Positions 37,332-49,899 of a stretch of 64,000 bases of DNA are shown here, piece by piece. This DNA is from Octopus vulgaris (Eukaryota), in NCBI GenBank assembly GCA_951406725.2, contig OX597829.1, positions 32,922,001 to 32,986,000 on the forward strand, read 5' to 3'. Both the position numbers and the translations under genes were made by a program. Every line of letters starts with the position of its first letter. Within the stretch, counting starts at the first letter, position 1. The notes beneath the pieces are model-generated. The model was not told the DNA's origin, ran no database searches, and worked only from the letters and a program-made list of their open reading frames with translations.

Positions 37332-37705
37332 AAGAAGCTTGCTTACCAGCCACATGGTTCCTGGGTTCAGTCCAACTACGTGGCACCTTGGGCAAGTGTT
37401 TTCTACTATAGCTTCAAGCCTTCAAGCTGACCAAAGCCTTGTGAGTGGATTTGGTAGATGGAAAGAAGCTCGTCGTATATATGTGTGTGTGTGTGCGTGT
37501 TTGTGTGTCTGTGTTTGTCCACCCCACCAACATCACTTGACATCCAATGCTGGTGTGGTTACATCTCCGTAACTTAGAGGTTCAGCAAAAAGAGGCCAAT
37601 AGAATAAATACTAGGCTTACAAAGAATAAGTATTGGAGTCAATCTGCTTGACTAAAAGATGGTGCTCCAGCATAGCGGCAGTCAAATAAAAGAATAAAAG
37701 AATAA
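37332..37705 (+). mobile_element. Body of the second tRNA-derived SINE
   Basis: Homologous to 17458-17842. Confidence 0.85.
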
Positions 37706-37842
37706 ATTACATGAATTTATTAATTCATTCCTTTCATAAAGTCATGGGTGATGGTAACTGTATGTTCAGAGCTGTGTCACTCTAGCTCAAAAACAACAGA
37801 AATTACCAAACTCTTTGGGAAGAGTCTGTACGATACATATGC

Positions 37843-38236
37843 AACTAGAAAAGCACTCAGAGAGCGCAGACCTCCGCCAAGCTCATTTCAAGATAGATCC
37901 GCGAGTAAAATTACTAATAGAGGAACAAAAATAAACTTTGGAAACAGCAACGCCACCATGGGTTACGTGGCAACAATGAACGTGTTTTCAAGGGAGATAA
38001 TCAAAGAATGTAATGTAATACTTCATATAAAGTAAATATAACAAATCCTTCAAGAATCCATAAAAATTCCCGGATCACTACCAAAATTTCATCATCTGTT
38101 CCTTGTGTCATTACCAACTTTTCCTGCAAGTTTCATCAAATACTGTTCACAACTTTTTGAGTTATTTTGCACACAGATGGACAGACAGACAAACTAATGC
38201 CAATGAAAACATAACCTCCTTCCTTGGTGGAGGTAA
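37843..38236 (-). mobile_element. Non-autonomous Helentron-type (HINE/DINE-like) element inserted in the OTU domain
   Basis: Subterminal inverted repeat acctccgccaag / cttggtggaggt, (CAGA)n tract, terminal aactag. Confidence 0.65.
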
Positions 38237-38979
38237 TGATTGGAAGTATTTTCATTCTCTTATTTCTAATAGTACAATGCAGGAATATCAAGCATACATG
38301 AGTAGAGATGGAACATATGGAGGTAATGTTGAATTAGCTGTTATTAGTGAATTGTACAATGTTGCAATTCAGGTTCAACACAAAAATGACAATGAAATTA
38401 TCCTTCCTCTGTTCACTGTTTGTGGTCGAACATTTACAGAAAGGAAGATTTCAGAGTCATATAGTGGTGAATTTGGCAATGTCCACTATGATGCTCTCTT
38501 TCCCATAAACATTCATGAGCATGAAAGAAAGGTAGAAGGAAATAAGATATCACAAGACAATAAAAAAAGACCAAAGAATGAGAATTCAAACACTAAGTAT
38601 GAAAATTATAGAAGAAGGTAAAAAACCAGCGGAAAGTTTGGTTGCAAAAAATGAGGGGATATGAAAGGAGGACAAGAGAACAAGAAGGTGATAAAGGTAG
38701 GGAAATAAGATTGCAGAGAAAGGAGGAAAATTATAGAAATAAAAAAGTACAAGAAAATAAAAAAGACGAAGAAATACGATTGCAAAAAAGAAGAGAAAAA
38801 GGTAGAATAAACAGCAAACAAAAGAATGAAAGCAACTGAAAAATATAACTAAAATGGAGAAAGCTTTCCAGAGAAAATCAGAAGTATACACAATTTCAAT
38901 GGCAAGGTGTAGCATTTAATTGTGATCCTAATCGTAATTATGAATCTGAAAAATCTGTGTCCCTGGGATCTATGTGCAA

Positions 38980-39482
38980 AATTTTCCACCATGTTCTCAT
39001 AATAAAGATTGGTGGACTCCAGCTCCAATTGGTCCAGTTCATACTGAGGTCTGAACATATGCAATCGGTAATTGGGCAAATTCCAATCCAATCCAAATAA
39101 CACTTTCAAAACACCCATAGAAATGGTGGCCAGGTAGTTTGTCAGCAGCTTCATAGGTGCCTGTTTCACGCTTGCCCATCAACTGAAGTCTGACACTCTT
39201 ATACTTTGAATAAATGGACGTGGATTTGTCAGTCTCAACCAAGTCCATTTATTCAAAGTATAAGAATGCCAGACTTCAGTTGATGGGAAAGCGTGAAACA
39301 GGCACCTATGAAGCTGCTGACAAACTACCTGGCCACCATTTCTATGGGTGTTTTGAAAGTGTTATCTGGATTGGATTGGAATTTGCCCAATTACCGATTG
39401 CATATGTTCAGACCTCAGTATGAACTGGACCAATTGGGGCTGGAGTCCACCAATCTTTATTATGAGAACATGGTGCAAAATT
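38980..39482. repeat. ~500-bp palindrome (two ~244-bp arms, ~15-nt spacer)
   Basis: Near-identical mirror ORFs 38849-39169(-)/39293(+) and 39039-39248(-)/39214-39423(+). Confidence 0.95.
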
Positions 39483-42216
39483 GGTATCCAAACAGATCCA
39501 ATTTGATGGAGTACATGAGTTTGTATGAGATAGCAAGTAAATACGAATGTGTGCCTCCAAACAAAGCCAGAAATGCTAATGAAGGAATACAGCTGAGAAA
39601 TAAACTTGGCTATTTCTATTCTGTCAAAGAGCGAATTGTAAAGTCACCAAACATTAGATTGACCATGGATACTTCGGAGCATTATTACCACAATCTGCTC
39701 ATGCTCGTCAAGCCTTGGCATGACGAGGAAAAAGATTTGCTTGAAGGTTGCAAGACTTATAAGGAGTCCTTTGATCAATGTGCCAATGGTTTATCTGAAG
39801 TGGTCAGGTTCCAGAATGTGCACAAACATATAGAGGATGCGCTGGAACATGGCAAAATTATTCAAAGTGAATCTCAGACTGATCTCAATGATGACTATTC
39901 TTATGGTGATCATATGGAGGCTTTGGCAGATGAAGATGTTGATGTCAATTTGTCTTGCACAAGAAATGTCACTGAGACATAAAGAAAGCCAACTGAATGA
40001 TCTGCAAAGGAAAATTTATTATGACACTGTGGCCTGTATTGAGAAACAAAACAATCACTGGAATAATGAACCTTATCCGCGATGTCATTGTAATGACTGT
40101 GCACAAGTTTTGAAATTTGTTTCTGGTGTTGGTGGCACAGGCAAAAGTTTTTTGATAAAATTCAGTACATGTACCCAAATGACAATGGCCCAAGTGTAGT
40201 GATATCAGCACTAACAGGAATGGTCGCTTTCCAACTAAACAGAATGATTGTTCATCGATTGCTAAAACTCAAAGTGCAGCACAGCAAAACTCCTGTGTAT
40301 GAGGAACTATCAAAAGACAATCTAAAACTGTTGTGGATGATGCTTCAGTATATGAGACTGATTATAATCGATGAGGTTAGCATGATCAGTCACTTGCAGC
40401 TGGCTTTTATTCACTTGATATTATGCCAACTGTTTGAATCTACACAACAGAGTTCGCCTTTCAGACACATAAATGTGGTTGTCTTTGGTGATTTGTTTCA
40501 ATTATCACCTGTTAGAGAAAAACCAGTGTTTAAAAGCATCAGTCACCACGATGCCCAAAGAGCATGCTTAGGCATTAGCAGCCACCACTTGTAGAGATTC
40601 TTTGACTCTGATAAGTTAACAGTTAATGTGTGTCAGAAAGACGATATGGAAAATTATATTCACATGCTTGGCCGAATCAGATTGGGTTCACTGCTTGACA
40701 CTGATATCCAAATTCTTTATGAGCATAGAATTGAAGCCAACAGCAAAGTTTCTCTCAAACAGGCTGCTGACAAAATGTGAGCTGACTCAAGACAACTGAT
40801 TTGAGTATCGTTTGTATTATGCCTCTGAACGAGTTGGTGTCAGAGTTACGCTTGAGAAACTTGGTATTAGTACTGTCAAGATTGTGGCTATTGATTTCAG
40901 CGTACAGCAAACCAAAGGTCAAAAAAAGAAAGCTAAAAGCAAGAAACTGACTAGCAAAGGGAAAAAAAAAATCTGATACTGTTGGTCTTGAAACCATCCT
41001 TAAAGTTGGCATTAATGCTCAAGTAATGCTTAAGCATGACATGGACAGTAGTTTGTGCAACAGTGTGATGGTAACTGTCAAGAAACTCAACTACGAATTC
41101 GGAAAGATTGCTTCCAGAGGCGTTCTCATTGTTAGTTTAAACAATGTCTTTTCTATCAGAACTGTCACGAATTGTCATCTGGTGTGTTCATCACTAGAGA
41201 TCAATTTCCGTTGTGTATTGCATATGCAATTTCTATCCACAAACACAGGTAATAAGCGTCAATGGTGTCATTGTTGATTTGGGTACCAGCGTTTTCTCCA
41301 ACAGTATGGCTTATGTGTCCTTGTCAAGAGCTCACAAACTGCAATGTTCCCTTGATTGATCTTGATCCATCAAGTTTGATTATGTGCAATTCCAGTGCTC
41401 GGAAAGAATACAACTATTTGAGGGAACACATTAATATGGAGCCACATCCAATGTGTAACGTGAGCCCCAAAATTATTAAACTGGCTAAAAAGGGAACTAA
41501 GAAGAGTAAAGATGCCATAAATATGGATAGTGGAATCATCAACTTCACAAAACTGAAAAAGACTAGATTTGACAACATGGCTGTAAAGTCATACATCTCA
41601 CTGATCAACAAGAGAAACGCTTGCTTTGTGAATAGCACAATACAGGTTACCTGCCAGCTGCCTTTATTGACCAAACACATGCAGTCCAGTAATGATATTG
41701 TCATTCATGAAATTCACAATATTACATCTTCATCCAGAGCTAATTCGGTAGCCAGTGTAGCAAGCAGCCATTTTTAAATAAGTGCGCCAATTTGTGGTAG
41801 CTAGCAATATGACATAATGTCGTATTGCTGAAGAAATATTATTGTCGTTTTTCCATTGGTTAATATAACTGCTCATATAGGAATTCTAAGAGTTACTTAA
41901 AGAATATTTGTATGTAATTTCGATTCTTTAAAATCAAGTTGAGCAGTTATAAAAACCCTAGATTTTAGGAAAAACTTCAGTGTTTGTTGGATGTAACTCA
42001 ACTCCATGACACTCACTCCTTTGAGACACTGGTGATTTTTTTTGATAGATTATACATTATATCCTTTTTTCACTTAATACTTATATAGCTACTTCTTTTT
42101 CTTTAGTCATCTTCAATGCTATAAAGAACCAAATTCATCTCAACAACACTGAGAAAAAACCGTTGAAAGTACCATCTAGAGATTTCATTACCTTCGTGCG
42201 ACCAGGTCAGTGGATC

Positions 42217-42663
42217 TGTAGTGACATCATGTTCCAGTGTGCGCACACGCAACGTCATTCTTCAGTGTGCGTGTGCGGGGTTGGAACCTTCTGGAAAGGC
42301 ATAGGGAAGTTCCCTCATGCACATGCGCTAGAGACTGAAGAATAAATTCTATCGCGTTCCTTAATAGCGTCGGGGACTTGAGACATGGTGATAGAAGAGA
42401 AAGGACGTATTTTCATACGTGTGTTCAGCCTATTCTCCTGTCCCAGACGCTTAGGATTTAACCTGTTCTATTTATGCTGAATTGTTGTAAGAAGCTTACA
42501 AACGTTAGAATTCAGCCTTGCTGTGTTGAACTAGGTGGATACCAGTATACCATCGTGTTTCGTTGTTGAACCAAGAGAATAAAGAATTGTATATATTTCT
42601 AAACTTGCGTTTCGTTCCTGACTGGTAGTTTCTAGAAACAAAAAGAAAGGAAATTGTGTTGCA
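42217..42663 (+). repeat. Possible solo LTR
   Basis: Starts tgtagtg, ends ttgca, internal aataaa; single copy, no TSD confirmed. Confidence 0.35.
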
Positions 42664-42699
42664 CCCAAGTTGCACCCCAAAAGTGTAAAGAAGCAACCA

Positions 42700-43330
42700 G
42701 TTCCCTTTACAGATCCGTTTCAAGAAGAAGATCAAGAAACTTCCTGAGAGAAATGAAAAGTGGAACGGCTATTGGGAGGTAACTGCAGATTTACCTGGGT
42801 GCCAGGTTTTCTTTCCCATCCCAGTTACGAAAAAACCAGATATTTTGATGTGGTGTGAAAGAAAGAAAGTTGTAAATATAGTCGAGCTAACGGTTCCTCA
42901 TGAAGATAATATGGACGCCGCTCAGGCTCGAAAACTGAACCGTTATGTAAACCTCCTCGAGGAATGTGAAGACGCAAGCTGGAAAGCGGAACATTTTCCT
43001 ATCGAAGTCGGATGTAGAGGGTTTGTTGGACACAGCGTGAGACAACTGTTGTTATAGGTAGGCCTAACTCATCGTAAAGTCAATACCACCATGACTGATA
43101 TCCAATCTACAGTGGAGAAGGCTAGCCACTGGATTTGGTTAAAAAGAGACGATGAGCGATGGCTAGAAGGATATTGAGTTTAACTTCATAACCAGCTGAT
43201 CTAGCAAGCGGGGCCTCATATTAGTGAGGGGGGCCGGTGCGCATTGATGCTGTCGAGAGGTAGGCCCCGAAACAGTGCGCATTCTCTCCTGATGACCCCA
43301 TACACCTGCTGGCTTCCGGTATACGGAGCT
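42700..43330 (+). pseudogene. 3' fragment of HERO/NeSL-type non-LTR element (restriction-like endonuclease)
   Basis: KPDILMW..IVELTVPHED..RKLNRY..FPIEVGCRGF. Confidence 0.85.
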
Positions 43331-43504
43331 TTTGACTGGTAGCACTTGCATGTGCAAGTTGTTTGCAAGACATATTCATATTATTATTATACATTTGTAT
43401 ATGCCTGTACATATGTACATTTATGCCCACATTTGCATGTATGTAGATGTATATGCATGAATGTTTGTGTATGTGTATATATGGGTGTGTGTGCATGTGT
43501 GTAT

Positions 43505-43936
43505 CACAAATTCCTTCAGGTAGATGGCCCTGTTCTATCTGTAAAAAAGGCGTAGGTAGAAACTCCATAAGATGTATCCAGTGTAAGCTATGGACACATA
43601 AGAGGTGCAGAAATATCAAAGGAAACCTAAGTGAGAAGAGTTTTTGTGTATGGCAAATGCTCAGGAGCAATAAACACTGAAAATGTGCAGAGAACAGCAT
43701 CCATCATATTCCAGGGGGAATAACTACAAGTAGTTGATAGCTTCTGTTACCTAGGTGACCAAATCTGTAGCGGGGGTGGATGCTCTGAGGGTGTAGCTGC
43801 TAAAATAAGAAAAGCTTGGGCAAAGTTCAGAGAGTTCCTACCTCTGCTGGCAATAAAGGGCCTCTCACTCAGAGTGAAAGGTAGACTGTATGATGCATGT
43901 GTGCAAACTGCCATGCTACATGGCGGTGAAACATGA
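43505..43936 (+). pseudogene. Internal fragment of the PHD-containing RTE family
   Basis: PSGRWPCSICKKGVGRNSIRCIQCKLWTHKRC; homologous to 21890-22320. Confidence 0.9.
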
Positions 43937-45139
43937 TTCACTTCTTTAAAAAGGTTTCTCAATGTCAACTTCCATTATTGACATAGCAACAGCAAAGTTT
44001 TCTGTTTTCTGTTTTCATTTGCAAAATCTCTCACTCTCTATTTTAATGTTTTCATTTCAAGTTTTAATGCACTATTTGCAAACAACTATGATTAGTTACT
44101 GAAAGAACATTTACTAAGTTCACAAATTTGAATATTTGGTTCAAGATAGTCTTTACAAGCTTTTGTTTATATGATTTTTTTTCATTTCATGTTTATTTCA
44201 TTCATTGTTTGCAATGTTCTCTCTCCCTCTCTTTCTCACAAACACACACACAAGTCAGTTACACACTCACACGTGTTTTTGTATGTACATTTGTATATAT
44301 TCATGTATGTGCATGTGCTAGCGTGAAAGAGAGAAGGGCTATGTTGTCCTGTATACATACATTTTTTTTGTACGTGTGTGTGTGCGTGCATCTGTATGAG
44401 ACAGGGAGAGAGTGATGTCTAAGTGGCATCCTCTCTCTGTCACACACACACACAAAAAAAAAAGATGTATGCATATTTATGTCTGTACGTATACATGACA
44501 ACACACCCCTTCTATCTCTCTCACACACGTGTCCATGTCATCTGTTGTTTGATACTCTGTGCGCGTGTGCACATGTGTGTGTGTGTGTGTGCATGCGTGG
44601 GGCATTCCACAATCTCCATTTATTTCAATCACTAGTGTGATGATATTCATGTAACTCATCTTTTCATTTAATCCCCATTTTAATTTTCGAAAAAATTTCC
44701 GAGAACAATGTTCTTGCTCTCTGCAACAGGAGTCGGGATAGATGAAGATGATTAGTATTCTACAGTGAAGCAAAGACAATTCTGCAACTCTGTTAACTCT
44801 ATTAAGTATGTTTGCAAATATATAAACAAAGGTTTAGATGCTGCAACATACACTCTTATGCAGAATGGCAGGCAGGAAATAAATAAAAATTACAAAGATG
44901 CACAGTGTAACAAGTAGCCATTTTAGCCATTTTTGAAATAAAGCGCAAATTGGCAATATGACGTAATGTCGTATTGCCGAAGGATTATTATTTTCGTTTT
45001 TTCCATTGGTTAATATAACTGCTCATAAAGATTCTAAAAAGTTACGTAAAGAATATTTGTAATGGATTCTTTTAAGTCAAGTTGCTCAGTTATAAAAACC
45101 CTGGATTTGGGGAAAACTTTAGTGTTTGTTGGATGAAGA

Positions 45140-48100
45140 CGTGACTTTTGTTTCAAAATACACCGATGTTATGATTGCTTGCAGTACCCTCTCCTTTTTC
45201 CTCATGGAGAGGATGGATACCACTTAAAAATTAAAAAGGTTGATCCCACAATTTTCACACTTCTTGACAAGGTTTCCTGCAAGACATTTTACGCCTATCG
45301 ACTCATGATGAGAGAAAACGAGTTTAATTTATTACTAAGGTGCCATTCTTTGACCAATCAGTTTTTTGTCAACATGTATTGTAAAGTTGAGTCTGAACGT
45401 TTAAAATACATTCGTTCTCACCAGGACCAATTGAGAGCGACAGAATACGTTAATCTAGAGGATGCAATACGGCAAGACAGTGATGCAGCCAACGTTGGAA
45501 AGCGTATTATTCTCCCTTCAACATTTCTTGGCTCACCTCGGTATATGTATAAACGAATGCAGGACGCAATGGCATATCTCGGTAAGTTTGGAAAGCCGGA
45601 TCTCTTCATTACATTTACCTGCAATCCTACCTGGCCAGAGATTAAAGAGAATGTGTTCGCTGGCCAGCTGCCAGAGCACAGATATGACATCTGTGGTGCG
45701 CGTTTTTCATGCCAAGTTGATGAAAATGCTGTTTTTACTGAAGGTTGTGCATATTTTTGGCCCACTGTCTGCTTGGATGTATACTGTGGAATGGCTGAAG
45801 AGAGGTCTTCCACACATTCATAAGCTAGCCTGGTGCCAGGATAGAATCCACCCTGCTGATATTGACAAAATTATATCTGCTGAGTTGCCTGATCCAAATG
45901 CTGATCCTCAGCTGCACAGCAGTGTTACAAAGCATATGATTCACGGTCCATGTGGTGACCTTAATCCAATAAGTTCATGCATGAAGAATAAAAGATGTTC
46001 GAAGCGGTACCCTAGAGACTATTGTGGTCAAACCTGCACTACGAATGACGGCTATCCCATCTACCGAAGACATGACCCAGGTTTTGGTGGCCGGAGAGCT
46101 AGAGTTAGACACCGGTTAATAACATTCAATGCTGATAATACCTGGATTGTTCTATTCAACAAGTACATTAATAAGGGCGATGATATGGCCGTGTTTGTGT
46201 TCAGTGATGAAGACCTTAGATATGACGAGATTAAACAATTCGTTTTGGGTAGGTATGTATCCTCCAATTATGCAGTGTGGCACATTTTTGGATACGAGAT
46301 TCATCTAAGCTCACCATCAGTTGATGAGTTTGCTGCTACTTTCATTTACCCTGAAGTACCGGAATATTACATATACAACAACAATAATTGGAAGCGCAGG
46401 TCACATGGAACAGAACTTGACAATTGGCCCGGTGTTTCTAGGAAGAATGTCATTGGGCGTGTGTATAATATTCATCCTACCAAACAGGAAATCTTCTTTT
46501 TGAGAATGCTGCTTCATGTAGTTACTGGACCGAAGTCTTTTGCTGATCTTCGCATGGTTGATGGTGTCATCTGCGACACTTACAAGGAAGTATGTTTGAG
46601 GCAAGTACTACTTCTCAATGATGAGCACTTACACAGGACACTGGCAGAGGCCTCAAATTGTAAACTGCCATGGCAAATGTGTTGATTGTTTTGTAGCATA
46701 TTAATCCACTGTAATACCAGCAACCCTCTTAACCTTTGGGAATCATTCAGACAGAGCCTATCAAAGGACATACAGGCTAATTTAGCACTACGTGATGGCA
46801 ACGACGATGTTTATAATGAGGCATCAATTCGACATGGACAGACACATCAGATGTTATGTTATACGCGGTTTAAGTGAATTCCATCTGCCAACACCGGTCC
46901 ATCATGAAGCGCCTTTGGATGTTGAATACATGTCGGAAAAAAACTACAACATTGCCAAATTGACGGAAACGATTACGCAAGATGAACCAAGACTTTTGCC
47001 TGAACAAAGAAAGATTTATAATGAAATTCTTGACAGCGTTAGATTGAACCAAGGAAAGCTTTTCTTTTTGAATGCTCCAGGTGGTACAGGTAAAACTTTC
47101 CTTATCAATTTGATTCTCGCAAAACTGCGCGCTGAACGTCGAAGTGCCATTGCATGTGCCTCCAGTGGTTTTGTGGCAACACTGCTTCAAGGCGGCCGTA
47201 CGGCACATTGTGCATTCAAATTGCCCATGGACATTGGAAAAAAAGATAATCCTATATGTAATATAGATCGTAGTTCCTCAAGAGCAAGACTTCTTCATGA
47301 ATGCAGTCTTTTTATTTGGGATGAGGCTACAATGAGTAATAAGGCCATGTTTGAGGCTCTTGACAGAACCCTCCAAGAATTGCGTCACGATACAAGAATA
47401 ATGGGTGGAGCTACGTTTCTCATGGCAGGAGATTTTTGACAAACTCTTCCTGTTGTCCAAAGAGGCACTCGAGCCGATGAGATTAATGCATGTATAAAGC
47501 ATTCTTATGTGTGGCACAGTATAATCAGTCGTCATCTTGAAACAAACATGGGAGTCCACCTACAAGGTGATGTGGAGTCTGAGGCTTTCGCAAAACAGCT
47601 ATTAGATCTTGGTGATGGAGTTTTGCCTTTGGTTGATGAGCATATTCGGTTGCCTTTTGGGAATTTCGTTCCAAATGTAGAAGACCTTATAAGAGCCGTT
47701 TTACCTGACGTCAAAACCAACTTCCAGGATCTTGATTGGCTGAGGACGAGAGCTATTCTATCGTCTCATAATACAACAGCTGATGCTACTAATAAACAAG
47801 CGCTTGATATGATTCCTGGAGAGGAAGTTTCTTTCATGTCCATCGATACAAATAAAGATGAGAATGATGCAGTCAAATATCCACCCAAGCTACTCAACAA
47901 GCTAACACCTCCAGGGCTTCCACCTCATCATTTTTGTTTGAAAGTTGGTGCTCCAATCATGGTGCTCAGAAACATGGAAACGCCTGAAATATGCAATGGA
48001 ACCCAAATGGTTATAAGGAGGATTCAAAGCCATGTTATAACTGCTGAAATTTTGAGTGGACCATTCATAGGAACAATGAAGATGATACATAAAATGAGTA

Positions 48101-49080
48101 TTTCACCCTCTGATGTTCCCATTCAGTTTAAACGCTATCAATTTCCGATAAAACTATGCTTCGCGATGACAATCAACAAGTCACAGGGACAATCACTGGA
48201 CATTGTAGGCATTAACCTGTCACAACCGGTCTTCAGTCATGGTCAATTGTACGTAGCCTGTTCTCAAGTTGGAAATCCGCATAACCTCTTCATTCTTGGC
48301 GATCATGAGCGCACAAAGAACGTGGTTTATCAGGAGGCTCTGACAAAACAAGATTGATTGTAAGTCATGAGATTTTGCTTGAGTTTTTCTTCTGCACGTC
48401 TTGATTACCTCTTCATTCTTGAAAATAAAGACATTAAAAAGAACATGGTTCATAAAGAAGATTGGTTTAAGGTTTTTGCAAACATTTGATCCAACTCATT
48501 CGTCTCTTTATTCCTCATTTTCCAATTCCTTCTACGCCTCCATTGAACGGTTTTGTCAAGTTATTGTTTCTTCGCCAACATAAGACATTCATAAAATGAA
48601 TGAGTTGTTAATTACATTTTATACACTGTTCCATTGTTTAGGTGGTGTCGAAAGGACTGGCATGTGTCACCATATAACCTCTGTGAGTCAAACTCCCAAC
48701 TCATGCATCCACATCACGATACTCTTTCTACAAAACTGAGCTGGGTGTGAATTCTAATTTCAAACACTATTGCAGATGTGAGTTTACAGTCTGCCTTTTT
48801 TGGTTTAAGCTATCTTCCTGCATGTTAAAATACTTCTTTTTATTTTAAGAGTCCTCAACAATATTTGCCTCCGAAATTCCATTTTTCAATTTTATGATTA
48901 TACCCAGAGTGCTCTAATCAAATATGAACTGTCTTCCCATTGGCGGACATTTGTCTTTTTTTTTTTTAGAAATAAACGCATTGCCTCTTTCATTTTAAAA
49001 CAATAAAACGATGCTACATTAATACATTGGTCCAACAACCAAAACATCACCCGTGCGTAGAGCGGGTCGCCTTAAGCTAG
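45140..49080 (+). mobile_element. Helitron RepHel remnant with intact 3' end
   Basis: LQYPLLFPHGEDG, GKPDLFITFTCNPTW, VEWLKRGLPHIH, HMIHGPCG, NAPGGTGKTF, FAMTINKSQGQS; hairpin and CTAG at 49049-49080. Confidence 0.95.
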
Positions 49081-49083
49081 TCA

Positions 49084-49886
49084 TCAATATCTATAAATCT
49101 GAAATGCGAAAAGTTTATCTCATTTTGGCATTGGAACGGGTTAAGGGGAACTAGATGGGGTCGGATTGACTCCAAAATTTACAGGGACATGTAAAATGAG
49201 GTGAGGGTGCGAGTGGGCTAGGTTAGAAATCCCTATCTTAAAAGGTGTGGTTACTAGGGCAAAAAAAAACACTTTGACAAGTCTTCTCTCTTTCATATAT
49301 GACCTTTTCTTCCTGTCTTTCTCTCTTTCCTCCCTTCCTTTCACATTCTCTCTATAACGTTGTTTGATAGCGTCTGTTATTCTTTCTTCCACCACCCCTC
49401 TCACTGTATGATTGTCGTTTCTTTGGCTAACTGCCTGTCTTCCTCTGTCTTTCTCTCTTTCCCCTTCCCTCCACTTTCTCTCTCTATAATGACGTTTGAC
49501 ACCTCCGCCATCTCTCTGTCTTCTCCACCACCTCTCTCAATGTATTTATGTTTGTATCTATAAAGACGAAAAGTGACAGCCGCAGAAATTTAAATATTCC
49601 CACCACAGGTCTTTCAGAAAGGTGAATTATTATCTCCCACCACCACCGCACAATTATAAGATATTATTTATCAGAAGATATGTTACTATTTTGCGTGGAT
49701 AAAAAATTTGCTGTGCTAAGAAACATTATACCCTTTTAAAGAATTTATTTGTATGCTCAAGGCGACTGTCGTTAACAATAAATGCATTGCCTCTTTCGTT
49801 TTAAAACAATAAAACAATGCTACATTAATACATTGGTCCAACAACCAAAACATCACCCGCGCATAGAGCAGGTCACCTTAAGCTAG
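49084..49886 (+). mobile_element. ~800-bp non-autonomous Helitron of the same family, head-to-tail with the previous one
   Basis: 5' end matches 31076 onward; 3' hairpin and CTAG|T at 49883-49887. Confidence 0.9.
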
Positions 49887-49899
49887 TATTATACATACA

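Larger units (their letters stand above)
37744..41755 (+). pseudogene. Degraded Helentron/Helitron2-like ORF: OTU domain, charged linker, Rep C-terminal part, PIF1 helicase, USP-like Cys box
   Basis: MGDGNCMFRAV at 37744, GTYGGNVEL..HYD; KRETGTYEAAD; FVSGVGGTGKS, IIIDEVSMIS, FGDLFQLSPV; LINKRNACFVNSTIQ. Confidence 0.7.
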
